Part shown: positions 25,366 through 38,485 of the stretch, in pieces
How positions within the stretch are numbered: position 1 is the first letter of the stretch
How the letters are laid out: each line of letters starts with the position of its first letter
Assembly (NCBI RefSeq): GCF_006345805.1
Contig: NC_043005.1
Coordinates: forward strand, 96,658,001-96,722,000
Length of the DNA: 64,000 bases
Source: Octopus sinensis
Taxonomy: Eukaryota
Direction of reading: 5' to 3'
Notes under the pieces: model-generated
Database searches by the model: none
The model's input: only the letters and a program-made list of their open reading frames with translations
Told to the model about the DNA's origin: nothing
Made by a program: the position numbers and the translations under genes

Positions 25366-25379
25366 ATTGCCCATCCCGC

Positions 25380-25420
<41 letters not shown>

Positions 25421-25497
25421 TTATTATTATCATCATCATCATCATCATCATCACCATCACCATCACCATCACCATCACCATCACCATCAACACCACC

Positions 25498-25531
<34 letters not shown>

Positions 25532-25609
25532 TCATCATCACCATCACCATCACCATCACCATCAACACCACCACCACCACCACCACCACCACCACCATCA
25601 TCATCATCA

Positions 25610-25643
<34 letters not shown>

Positions 25644-25956
25644 TATTTTTAACTTCCTAAAATTAATCTAGACATTTACACTCAACATCAGCTGCACTGA
25701 TCACTATAAAAATAGAAAAAAAAAGTCGATGAACATCATTACATCCATTTCATTGATAACAGCTCATCATTTAGAATATTATAGACATTGTTCCCTTCCT
25801 TCCCTAACATATTGATAGTAACCTATCGCCTATAAGGTCATAGAGACCGTTACTTCACAAGGTGGTAGGGCATATTTAACCGAAGCCGAGTGTTCGCTGA
25901 GATAGAATAATTAAAAATATGTTTCTATACATACACTGATAGAAGCGGATGAATAG

Positions 25957-25989
<33 letters not shown>

Positions 25990-26047
25990 TAGACAGAGAG
26001 AGAGAGAGAGAGACAGACAGAGAGACAGAGAGAATATACACACATAC

Positions 26048-26088
<41 letters not shown>

Positions 26089-27114
26089 CACATATATCTA
26101 TACATACATAAACACATACATACACACACATATGTACATATATTGCTAGAAAGATAAATAGATAGATAAATGGTTGAAAATAAAACGAAAAGGAATTATC
26201 TATGATGTATTGGATATCAGATCTGTAGAAAGTCGTATTACAGCATCGATTTATGGTTGCATAGAAACATTTGTAGCAGAAAGCTGTTATCATGGGATGT
26301 CTGCATACATTTACATTTCATTTTTCATCAAACGGAAAATTGCGTTCAAAAGAGTATATTTTATGTCAATTATAACTGTTTCTGAATATTACTGAACAAT
26401 GATTTGGTACTTGCTACTATAGGTAAGCGGGAGAAACATCACCAGATCATAGTAGCAGGACCCTACATTTTAGATAAACCACGCATTAAATTGATACATA
26501 AAGCAGAATGTTGGTTTGTGCTATTGGTAGATCAAATTAATAGCTGATATTGTATTGGGAACGTAAGGGAGTTGAAAAAGAGAAAATAAATTAATTCTTC
26601 TTGAGTTTGGTGAAAATTATCAATAAAAAGAACGATAAATATGTGTATTTTATACCCTGATGAAATAACGTCACTTGAACTTTCGTGACCAAAATTATAT
26701 ATCAATGTGTGATCAGCCTTATTGATCTTCTTCTCCAAAGATTTGGTTCATATTTATTGATAGCCCAGATGATCTGAGATGCGTAGACTAAAATTATCCG
26801 GACAAAATATATTGAGGGATATACTTATTTCTATACGTTTTGGGTTCAATTTCCAATAAGTCTAACTTCACCTTTCAAATCTGGATCAATAAAATACATA
26901 CTAGTAAATTTGTATGATAAATTCGTTTAACAGATTTCTCTTTACACATATGTATGGCATCGCACCAAAGTCAGGAATCAATATTAGATTTCAGACTAAC
27001 AAGCCACTAAACTATATATTATTACTTCATTCATCGATAAAAAATAATGTTACCGATACAGAAATATGGCAGGTAGAGACAATTAACAACTATTGAATAT
27101 GGTATTATTCAATC

Positions 27115-27390
27115 ATTTACTTTTGCCGAACTGCTAGGTTATGGGGACGTAAACAAACCAACACCGGTAGTCATATGGTGGGAGCGAGACGTACAAATAG
27201 AAATACACACACATACACACTCTTACACATACACGTATGTATTTATGCACAACGAGCTTCCACCTTCACCTGTAAGCATTGGTTGGACCGTGACCATAGG
27301 AGACGACACGTGCCCAACAGCTGGGGATGATCCCGATACCACGTACTTCAAGGCGAGATTCTTAACCACGCCGCCATGCCTAATAGCTGT
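27115..27390 (-). mobile_element. Diverged SINE family B
   Basis: TTTTGCCGAACTGCTAGGTTATGGGGACGTAAAC plus tRNA-like head remnant. Confidence 0.7.
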
Positions 27391-28894
27391 AAAAACGTGA
27401 TCTTTCTCTAACTGAAACGAATATAATGTCTGTTGAGGAATTGATATATACCATTGTTGGGTATGTGGCAAACATGTATTCAAATACACCGTTTTCGGTA
27501 GCATACCATGTTTAAAGGCAATGATCCCTCTTGAGGTAAACAATGCAATCTTCGTAATTCTCTTTAGGTAGAAAGAAGCAGCATGAAAAAAGTGTTTACA
27601 CAAGCCTTGGCAGGGAAACGTAAGGCGAAAATCAAAATTCTAGGCCAATTCGTTATATGGAACATCAGTCTTTGGCATGTTTTCTGAGATGGGTGGGAGG
27701 GACAGAAAGGGGGTTATCCTCAAATCACTTTGAAGGAAGTGGATTTCACTAAGGACACCCAATGACTAGCTTGTGATATTAAAATGGACGGTGATGTATA
27801 TAAAGTTCATCGAATCGTATTATGCGGATGCAGACATTTATGAGTGGTTAAGAATTAAGTTTCATAAATTGATTACCAGAAATATACAGGAGAAGAGTTA
27901 TTCAATTACACGTGATGTAAGCAATGAGAATTTTTATACCATTACGGTATGACCAATAACATTCTACGATGTGTTACTTTTTTTTTTTACTTTAAATATC
28001 GATTAATTGGAAGACAATTGCCTAATTTACCTTAGTTTGAGAAGAATTTAGTTCAGAAGTAGAAATTATGTTATTACATTTATCAATCAAACAGTGATTT
28101 TGATCGATTATTAATAAGATAATTGTTTCTAATATGGAAATATGGTAGGCTGAGACAGTTGGCATCGTTCAATTACAACAGTTTCTGCAAATTACATCAA
28201 AGTAGAAAACAAACTTACTTCTTATTTCTTATTGAATACAATGTCTGGAGGGAAACTGATGAACAGCACTGTTACGAATGTAGGAAGCGAGAATTCAACA
28301 TCAGTCTTTATGACATGACGTTTCTTAAGATAAAAAGAATTCCCTTTGAACGCCTTGGTGTAAATTCTATTTATATATTCTAAATTCAATTTATATAAAA
28401 AACAATATAGAAAAATTATGTATACCTAAGTATATTCAAATGCATAAGTCCACTACGTATGTATATATGTATGTCATTATTCAGTTTATTTTAAGATTTC
28501 TTGCCAACAGAGAAAGAATCGGTTTCTAACCTAGATCCATGGTTGGAATTTCAACATCAACAACGCTATTTTTGTTTGTATGCATGTATGTATATATGTA
28601 TGTATTTATGTATGTATGTATGTATGTATGTATGTATGTATGTATGTATGTATGTATGTATGTATGTATGTATGTGTGTATGCATGCATGTATGTATGTG
28701 AATGCAGATTTGTATCTTTTATGTATGCATTCTCATGCATATAGTTGCATATCTAGGCATGCTCATATATATTTAAATGATAAACTTCTGGAAAGTTTTA
28801 CAGATTTTTACAGTTCCAGTGATGGATTAGATCTGTAGTCTTCGAATTAGCTTTCTCCTTTCTGGTTTTGAGAAGCCTAATTTCTCAAGATTGG

Positions 28895-28896
<2 letters not shown>

Positions 28897-28983
<87 letters not shown>

Positions 28984-29044
28984 GTCTATCTATTTATCTA
29001 TTTAACTATCTATCTGTCTGTACATATATATGTGTGTGTGTCTT

Positions 29045-29076
<32 letters not shown>

Positions 29077-29107
29077 TATGCGCGCGTGTATTTAGATAGA
29101 TAGATAA

Positions 29108-29175
<68 letters not shown>

Positions 29176-29200
29176 TTAGATAGATAGACAGATACATAGA
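28897..29200. repeat. (TATC)n and (GATA)n arrays in opposite orientation
   Basis: (TATC)n at 28897-29010 and (GATA)n at 29095-29200; mutually complementary. Confidence 0.93.
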
Positions 29201-29619
29201 TAGATGTAATACACTTCAATCCATAAATATCTCCAAAAATTCCATACCCAAGATTTCACAGAATCCTTCAGGTTCACTGAACTTAATACAGGTAACTTTT
29301 TAATCAAGGAAGCCATCCTTATTAACAACTTGAGGCCAGCTCTAAGTAACAGAAAAAAGTCTATACGAAGCAGACTGACCCTTATTATAACAAAACAAAG
29401 CGCATATTATATGAGCAATGACTTTTCGCATTGTTTGGCCTTGTCATTTAAAAAAAATCTAATATCGTTTATCTTCCATCTTGTCATTGAACTGCAGCGC
29501 CTTGGAGGGTTGAATCGAACAAATCAAGCCTTATTGTATCTGATTCTGTTGCTGAACCACGAAGTTGTAGGGACATAAACAAAGCAACACATGTGAGGGA
29601 CAACTGCATACACAAAGAT

Positions 29620-29639
<20 letters not shown>

Positions 29640-29664
<25 letters not shown>

Positions 29665-30884
29665 AGCATACACACACACACATACACGACGGACCTCTTT
29701 CCGTTTCCGTCTACCAAATCCACTCACAAGCCTTGGTCGGCTCGAAGCTATAGAAGAAGTCAGCGGGATTGAACCCGGAACTATGTAATTACTACACAGT
29801 AACGTCTGTGCCATTATATCCAAAAATTGTAGTCTAAATTGCGTATAAGAGTAAAGTACAAAGATTTCTGATGTCATAAAATTCATTTATCTACGCCATT
29901 ATGTTTCATGAAACTGCTCATCTCATCTGTGATAGCATTTTCGTTTGTCAAACGAGAGAGAGGGGTTCAGTCTGCCATTATGGAAGAAGGAAACGTTTCC
30001 AAAAATATTCTTTTACAGCGTCGCTTGACAGGGCAAATAATAGGGAATAGATTTCCCTCAATTTCTACGAAACTGTCTTAAAACAAAGGCTTTAATAATG
30101 CAGGCTTAGTTACACCATGGCCGAAAAAAATGGTGGAATAGTCTCAGCTACGATGCTCTTACTTCAACCAGAGCGAAACTAAGGCTAAACCACAGCAACA
30201 AGAGCGAGAACGACGAAGACGATGATAACATTATCCACATCATGATCAGCAACAATAATGTAACTGTATAGGATACAATTGATAGCAGTTTCTCTGGAAA
30301 TGCTGCTTAGCGAACGGACAACTGGATGAGCAGATTCGGATACAACAGCCATTTTGATAAGATCTATTAATACTTGAGAAATTAACAGCAATATTCAAAT
30401 ACATGCAGAGGATACATCACATTCACATTCACGATCAGGTGTTAATCTAGTGTCTTATCTGATTTGCCAATTTATCACCCCACCCCAAAGAAAAAGACCT
30501 ACACATACACACAAACAAGCAGGGACATAAACACCCATACGCATATCCACTTGTTGATGATATTGACCTTATGGCATGCAAGCCGTTTCAGTATGTTCTT
30601 TCAGTTTCTTAAACGGTTTAATGTGATCATATAAGATATCTGCTGAGATTTAGGACCCCGAACACGTTGAAGCAGTTCGCGTGCTTTAAGGTCATGACAA
30701 TGAATAAATGAGTCTATATTCGACGTAAGAACCGCGTCAAATGATTTTGTTTATTGAACTGCGGGTTCCTGATTACTTGATTGGGAATAACTAAGATTAC
30801 ATGTGTATATATACGTGTGTGTATGTGTGTGTGTGTGTGCAGATTTTCTTTCACAAGTCATTTTCGTTATAACTATATATACAT

Positions 30885-30935
<51 letters not shown>

Positions 30936-31111
30936 CGTGTGTAAGTGTGTGCGTATGTGCGAATGTGTGTGTATATATGTATATCTATTTATCTGTAACT
31001 GTGTGTGTGTATGCATTTATATATACACATATCTATACAAATGTGTTAGTATATGTCGTGTATATGGCAAGTATAACACACATACTCACACGCACGCGCA
31101 CGCACCACACA

Positions 31112-31156
<45 letters not shown>

Positions 31157-32368
31157 AGCATACACACACACACATACACGACGGACCTCTTTCCGTTTCC
31201 GTCTACCAAATCCACTCACAAGCCTTGGTCGGCTCGAAGCTATAGAAGAAGTCAGCGGGATTGAACCCGGAACTATGTAATTACTACACAGTAACGTCTG
31301 TGCCATTATATCCAAAAATTGTAGTCTAAATTGCGTATAAGAGTAAAGTACAAAGATTTCTGATGTCATAAAATTTCATTTATCTACGCCATTATGTTTC
31401 ATGAAACTGCTCATCTGTGATAGCATTTTCGTTTGTCAAACGAGAGAGAGGGGTTCAGTCTGCCATTATGGAAGAAGGAAACGTTTCCAAAAATAGATCT
31501 TTTACAGCGTCGCTTGACAGGGCAAATAATAGGGAATAGATTTCCCTCAATTTCTACGAAACTGTCTTAAAACAAAGGCTTTAATAATGCAGGCTTAGTT
31601 ACACCATGGCCGAAAAAATGGTGGAATAGTCTCAGCTACGATGCTCTTACTTCAACCAGAGCGAAACTAAGGCTAAACCACAGCAACAAGAGCGAGAACG
31701 ACGAAGACGATGATAACATTATCCACATCATGATCAGCAACAATAATGTAACTGTATAGGATACAATTGATAGCAGTTATCTGGAAATGCTGCTTAGCGA
31801 ACGGACAACTGGATGAGCAGATTCGGATACAACAGCCATTTTGATAAGATCTATTAATACTTGAGAAATTAACAGCAATATTCAAATACATGCAGAGGAT
31901 ACAATCACATTCACATTCACGATCAGGTGTTAATCTAGTGTCTTATCTGATTTGCCAATTTATCACCCCACCCCAAAGAAAAAGACCTACACATACACAC
32001 AAACAAGCAGGGACATAAACACCCATACGCATATCCACTTGTTGATGATATTGACCTTATGGCATGCAAGCCGTTTCAGTATGTTCTTTCAGTTTCTTAA
32101 ACGGTTTAATGTGATCATATAAGATATCTGCTGAGATTTAGGACCCCGAACACGTTGAAGCAGTTCGCGTGCTTTAAGGTCATGACAATGAAAATGAGTC
32201 TATTCGACGTAAGAACCGCGTCAAATGATTTTGTTTATTGAACTGCGGGTTCCTGATTACTTGATTGGGAATAACTAAGATTACATGTGTATATATACGT
32301 GTGTGTATGTGTGTGTGTGTGTGCAGATTTTCTTTCACAAGTCATTTTCGTTATAACTATATATACAT

Positions 32369-32419
<51 letters not shown>

Positions 32420-32580
32420 CGTGTGTAAGTGTGTGCGTATGTGCGAATGTGTGTGTATATATGTATATCTATTTATCTGTAACTGTGTGTGTGTATGCAT
32501 TTATATATACACATATCTATACAAATGTGTTAGTATATGTCGTGTATATGGCAAGTATAACACACATACTCACACGCACG

Positions 32581-32625
<45 letters not shown>
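29640..32625. repeat. Tandem duplication, two units of about 1.49 kb
   Basis: CACAAGCATAC at 29661 and 31153; units nearly identical apart from small indels; junctions lie in (CA)n. Confidence 0.95.
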
Positions 32626-32628
<3 letters not shown>

Positions 32629-33290
32629 ACACACCACTATATATAAACCACACATACGACATGTTATTGATGAATTCAACTATTAAAAGACATCAATTTG
32701 ACATTAAGGGACACATAAAACAGCAGAAACACTTTAAATGTACTCGTATTATTGACATACCACTCGTTAGAAGAAGGCCTCAAACTAGCTCGCCTTCACT
32801 CTCTCTCTCTTTCTCTCTCTCCCTCTTTTTCTCTCTCTCTCCCTCTCACTCACACTCAGTATCCCAAAGTCCTCTTTTTGTCACATGTACTATATCTACC
32901 ACTCTGGTCGTCAATCTTAATTCTCCTCTCATGTATTTGTGTGCATGTGTGTGCGTGTGACATGTGTACCTGTGTATGTGTGCATGCGTGTGTGTGTGTG
33001 TTTGCTTATTTGCATTTCAGTGTGCCTGCGGTTAACAATATTTTATATCGATTTATCGTTTAATTGATTAATGTATTCCAAGCTCTCTCTCCCTCTTTCC
33101 CCCTCTCTCTCTCTCTCTCTCTCTCGCGGCGCTATCTTACTTTCTGTCTATCTACATCTCTGTCTATCTCTCTGTTTGCCTGCCTGCATATCTGTCTATC
33201 AGACTGTCGGTCTATCTGCCTGTCTGTCTGTCTCTCTATACATGTATATATGTATTTAAGAATGTATGTATGTGTGTATGTATGCATGTT

Positions 33291-33335
<45 letters not shown>

Positions 33336-33349
33336 ATATATATATATAG

Positions 33350-33396
<47 letters not shown>

Positions 33397-33422
33397 GTGT
33401 GTATGTATGTGTGTGTGTGTGT

Positions 33423-33454
<32 letters not shown>

Positions 33455-33587
33455 TATATTTGTCTATCTAACTTTGTGCGTATCTATATTTCTGTATGTG
33501 TTTATATTTGTTTCAAAGTGTGTGTGTGTGTGTGTGTTTGTATGCATAAACGTAAGTTCGTTACATGCAACAATATGATTCTTTTAG

Positions 33588-33832
33588 CCTTTTCTGACGA
33601 TCGATACACTGCGCATTATTTCGCGGGAGCACGCGTCCTTGGGGTCAGAATCACAAATTCGTCTGTTCGGTTCATGGACTGGGCGACGCATAAGGTCATT
33701 AAGCAAGGAGCTTCTTTTCACAATCCTCTCTACTCTGCTGCAAAACTGATAGATCCATATAGACACATAGGACCGGCTCCAGGTTTCCGTAGCGCATATA
33801 TTCCCGCCTGGAATGATTGTATACTTGGTTGA
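33588..33832 (+). other. CpG-rich unique segment, candidate terminal exon
   Basis: TTCTTTTAG acceptor (33586-33587), then about 81 open codons (FSDDRYTAHYFAGARVLG...SFHNPLY...DCILG*); the minus strand is also open for 89 aa. No family recognised. Confidence 0.25.
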
Positions 33833-34079
33833 ACCTAAGATGAACGACATCAACCGAATGGGCTGAACTCATCACCTATCACAGTCAGTTCTAGGATTAA
33901 ATCTAAATCCGTTGGTTTGATCAATACTGAGTGTTCCTGTTTAGTCACGCATCTGGTTCTTAATCCTTACTAAAACCTCGGATTTCGATAGCTGCCTTGC
34001 TTTCCTTTGATAATCTTAAGCGAAAAGAAGAAATGGTGACATTTCTTGTTTAAGTTCACATTGCATGTGTGAGGTGGTA

Positions 34080-34545
34080 ATTTTTATGTAGGTATGTGTG
34101 AATGTTCCTGTCACTTTTGGAATCCGGCCTAGAAATCGTTTTAAGTGAGTAGAGGACCTTTTGTGATTCGCTGTGGATCACAACAGCGGTGTTAAAACGG
34201 CGAGCTTTGAGCTGCATTTTCATCTTGGGGAAGAGACGGAAGTCTGCAGGTGCTAAACCTGGCAAACAGGCCCGGTGCGGAATTGATAGCATATTGTTTT
34301 GAGGAAGAAACTCACGAGTGAGGAGACCTTGGTGAAGAACCCAGCTCTTCGCGTTCCACAGATTCAGTCACTTTCGCCAATTGAGTTTCCTCGAACACGT
34401 CAAAATGTCGCTGTAGAACTCTCGATTGATGCTCTGGTACTGGGGCACGAATTCTCTATGCACAATACCACATTTACGGGGGTGACACATGTGGCACCTC
34501 CTCCAAATCGCTCATCGTCTTCCAGGGATGTTCTGCTTTTGAAGC
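34080..34545 (-). mobile_element. Internally deleted mariner transposase remnant
   Basis: RTSLEDDERFG, then GIVHREFVP...INREFYSDIL, then LPGLAPADFRLFPKMKMQLKARRF (compare YSPDLAPxDFxLF). Confidence 0.88.
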
Positions 34546-34554
34546 GCCCGTGCC

Positions 34555-34770
34555 ACTCGTGTATGTGTGTGTATATGTTTGTGTGCCTGTGTTTGTACCC
34601 CCACCATCGCTTGACAACCGATGTTGGTGCGTTTACGTCTCCGTAACAAAGCGGTTCGGCAAAAGATACTGAAAAAATAAGTACTAGAGTAAGTTCTGGG
34701 GTCAATTTGTTCGACTAAAGGCGGTGCTCTGGCATGGCCGCAGTCAAATGACTGAAAAAAAAAAAATAAA
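34555..34770 (+). mobile_element. SINE family B, 3' part
   Basis: CATCGCTTGACAACCGATGTTGG...GGCCGCAGTCAAATGACTGAAA. Confidence 0.88.
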
Positions 34771-35138
34771 AGAATATACACACGCATGCACATACATACA
34801 TAAACACATTCACGCAAGCAGACGCTTGACACTTTAATGCAAGCGAAGAGAATGCCTCGTAGAAATGTGGGAGAAAATTTACAATCGGGTGGTAAAATGG
34901 CACCTATTTGACCAGAGACTGGTTGATTTCATTCGTCTCACACTTATTTGCTTTATTGATTGATTCTTTTGTTAACGAATGGTATTGAGCATCAATTATA
35001 TAGGTTTGTGTGTGTGTGTGTGTGTGTGTGTATACATATGTATATATCAATGTATGTATTCCGATAGAGAGAGAGATACAGACCAAAATAGCTAAGTAAA
35101 TACATTAAGATAGCTTTATATGGAGTAAGTTTCTGCTG

Positions 35139-35180
<42 letters not shown>

Positions 35181-35413
35181 CTATCTATGTGTCTCTCTAT
35201 CTGTGTGCCTATCTGTCTGACTGTTTGTCTCTGTCTCTCTCTCCTTCTCTGTCTGTCTGTCTCTCTCTCTCTCTCCCTCTCTCTGTCTCTCTGAACAGAT
35301 TTTTCTTCTGAAAATAGGCCTCTTTAAAACCATCTGCATCGTTTTTTTCACTTCTCTTTTCATTCACTTTTTACTTCTGTACTGCAATGCTTCAAGTAAA
35401 CTACAACGCTCTT

Positions 35414-35468
35414 ACATATATATATACACACACACACACACGCGCGCGCGCGCGCGCGCGTGTGTGTG
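35414..35468. repeat. Alternating purine-pyrimidine tract with (CG)10
   Basis: (TA)n(CA)n, then (CG)10 at 35441-35460, then (TG)4. Confidence 0.9.
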
Positions 35469-35916
35469 GTTATAATCGTGTAATTAGCGTATCGGACATT
35501 GTATACGTTCTAAAACTTTTAAAGGTCATATTCATATAAGAAGTAAATGATGCATAGATAGGAAACCTTTTCTGAAAGTATTTGAACTGCTGCTGGCCTA
35601 CAGTAGTTTGTGGAAAAGTAGAACAAGAACTGTACATAAATAATGCGCGAACCCGCTCCATTGACTCTTCGTCTGAGATATCTCGAGCCTAAAGCTCCGG
35701 CACTTAAAAGTCTTACTTTATAACTGAGACATTGTAATATGAAATAAACTACGGGTGACGTCTGCTGTTAATTGCTTCACTTCGGACGAGCACTAGCTCA
35801 AACTTCCTGAATTGTATCTCATGGCAACATTTATCCATGAAAATGGAAAATATTACGCACACAGTGGCAAAACGAAATACATGCATACATACATACCTAC
35901 ATAGATACATACATAC

Positions 35917-35986
<70 letters not shown>

Positions 35987-36475
35987 TTACAGAAAAACAA
36001 CGACGAAGTCAGGTGTATAAACAATACGCAGCTGTATTAGTTTGACGCTCGGGAAGGTGAGAAAGCGTTTTACGTTTCGAGCTTACATTCTTCAACCGAA
36101 AGGAACACGAGAAAATAAACAGAGAATAAAAAACTTGTGGAGTTAACGTCAATATATACACACACATATACACATGTACATATGTGTGTGTGTGTATACA
36201 CGGTTATATATATAAATATATATATATATACATACTCGTGAGTCAATATGGTTTGGTGACATATTTCATGCTTTCGCTAGCAGTTTTCGGTATCTCTGTT
36301 CTGGAGAGAAAAGACAGACAAGCTCACATCCCCCTCGCCCTTAATTCACCAGAATAGTCAGAATGTGACAGACAGACATATACTGACATATCAGTATGCA
36401 CACAAAACGATCCTCACAGATATGTGACTATTCAACAAGCTGATTCGCTGTCTCATTTCTCTCTATTTTCCCCAG

Positions 36476-36627
36476 TTAATGGCTTTTCTTCTAACGGAGT
36501 TTCCTCTTACGGCTTTTGCTCCTCGAATCCGGCCTCGCTCACGCCAACCTCTGTCGGGCTTTCTCATCCTACTTACCTTTCTCTTGTCATCAGCCTCGTT
36601 GTGTCTAGACTAATGTGTTTAGACTAA
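36476..36627 (+). other. Candidate terminal exon with hydrophobic C-terminus
   Basis: Acceptor TCTCATTTCTCTCTATTTTCCCCAG (AG 36474-36475); reads VNGFSSNGVSS...TYLSLVISLVVSRLMCLD*. Base composition alone could explain the hydrophobicity. Confidence 0.25.
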
Positions 36628-36764
36628 TATAAGCGTTGATATATTTGGATTCATCTTGTTAGAGTTTCAGCATTTCGACCTTTATACCCCCTGCTTTTTT
36701 CAGATGACTGCCATGTTGGGTAAAGTCTTCGGATTTTCGAGTTGAATCCTTTATTGAACACGGC

Positions 36765-36812
36765 AGATACCTGAAGAAGACCAGGGTGTAGAGCAGCCGA
36801 AAATTTGTAGCT
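36765..36812 (+). ncRNA. Degenerate minimal hammerhead motif HHR-E
   Basis: AGATAC CTGAAGA A GACCAGGGTGTAGAGCAGCC GAA AATT T GTAGCT; core intact, stem II damaged; related to HHR-D. Confidence 0.5.
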
Positions 36813-37167
36813 TTAACATCCAGAATATGAGCACTAGATCGAAAGTATCCGTATAAAATACGATTTCCTTATCGCAGGAAGTCTTACTGAATAATTTCCA
36901 GTTAAGATATTTCGGGTTTTATATATTTTTTAGTTGTTAGATACCATCATTTTTACTTTAAGAATTTAAAGAATAAAAGATTGAAGAGTATATAGCGGTA
37001 TTTTCAAACCCATTAGTGAAAAAAAAAACATCTCTTAGACAAAGATTTATCTAGAAAAGTCAGAATCCCATACGTAGCATATAATCTTATTCAAATTCAC
37101 GGACTCCTCTTTATAGTTTTTGCTCATACAGGCCACCACTATTTTTCCTGTGTATGTGTGTGGTGTG

Positions 37168-37198
<31 letters not shown>

Positions 37199-37204
37199 TG
37201 TACG

Positions 37205-37460
37205 TGTGTACGTTGTAGTCGTAGTAGTAGTAGTAGTAATAGTAGTAGTAGTACTAGTAATAGTAGTAGTAGTAGTAGTAGTAGCAGCAGCAGCAGCAGT
37301 AGCAGTAGCAGCAGCAGTAGCAGCAGCAGCAGTAGCAGCAGCAGCAGCAGGAGCAGTAGTAGTAGTAGTAGTAGTAGTAGTGTTAGTAGTAGTAGTAGTG
37401 TTAGTAGTAGTAGTAGTAGTAGTAGTAGCTGTAGTAGTAATAGTAGTAGTAGTAGTAGCT
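37205..37460. repeat. (AGT)n/(AGC)n compound microsatellite
   Basis: Direct reading. Confidence 0.95.
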
Positions 37461-38294
37461 TGCAGTTTATGTTCCGTCATAAACACAGAGAGACGGATTT
37501 GTTCATTATCCATCCATTTGTAAATATTCTTTTATTCTCAATATTCCAAAAGCTAACATTTTTAAAGAAATTGTGTTTCAGTCTAAGAATAGACTTCCCA
37601 TCTAAATGCCGAATTCTGAATAATGCTTTGTGATGTAAAATATAATATTGTTATGTAATCTTAAACTTGCAGCCAATAATTGTAATCCCAGGTCACAATA
37701 ATCGTGCTTGTAAAATAAACACAGCATTTCTATTTATAATGTAAGCGCAAAATTGATAATACAAATGTACGTATCAGTATTTTTTTTATCATCACATTTA
37801 AACAGAGCATTCTTTTTATGTACACTGCACACATCGGACTGGACAATGGAGCAATGCTATGAAGAAGAAAAAAAAGGAGAGAATAAATGAATGATCAAAA
37901 AGAATGAAAGACTGAAAGAAGAAGAAAGAAGGCGCGCGGACAAAATAGTCACTCTACATAAACTACATTACATTTCACATGGACGAACAAGTTGTTTTCA
38001 AAATACACAAGAACTTTATATCTTATATCTCAATATTTCAAGTGTTCAACAAAAGACAGATAATTATTTATTTCTTCATATATTTATATATTTCGTCAAC
38101 AGGCCAATCATTGCATTTACGATGGTGAACGTGTGAAGGGTGTGTCTGTACAACACGGGTGATCATATATCATACAAGAAATTTTCGAAAGCACCGACTC
38201 ATCAATTCTCTTGATTCTGCTTACATCTTTCACCGATATGCAGCACTAGTGCTACACGCATACATACGTACATACATACATGCATGCATACATA

Positions 38295-38485
38295 TATGAT
38301 GGCTGCCCCCTCGTTATCGAGTATAGCCATTGCACGAAGCTTAACTGTTATTGGTGCTGTGATCGAATGTGACTTTTTAGCCCAGCTAAAGGTCTACAAT
38401 GACTTGTACAGAATTGGTAGCTAAAACCTTTACCGGCAATAGCCGGCTGTAGTTGTAACTGGGCTTCATGTACCTTTGCATACAT
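38295..38485 (-). mobile_element. RTE-type LINE 3' end
   Basis: FSYQFCTSHCRPLAGLKSHIRSQHQ* (C-terminal Zn-finger-like) followed by a short tail ATACTCGATAACGAGGGGGCAGCCATC resembling RTE 3' stems. Confidence 0.65.
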
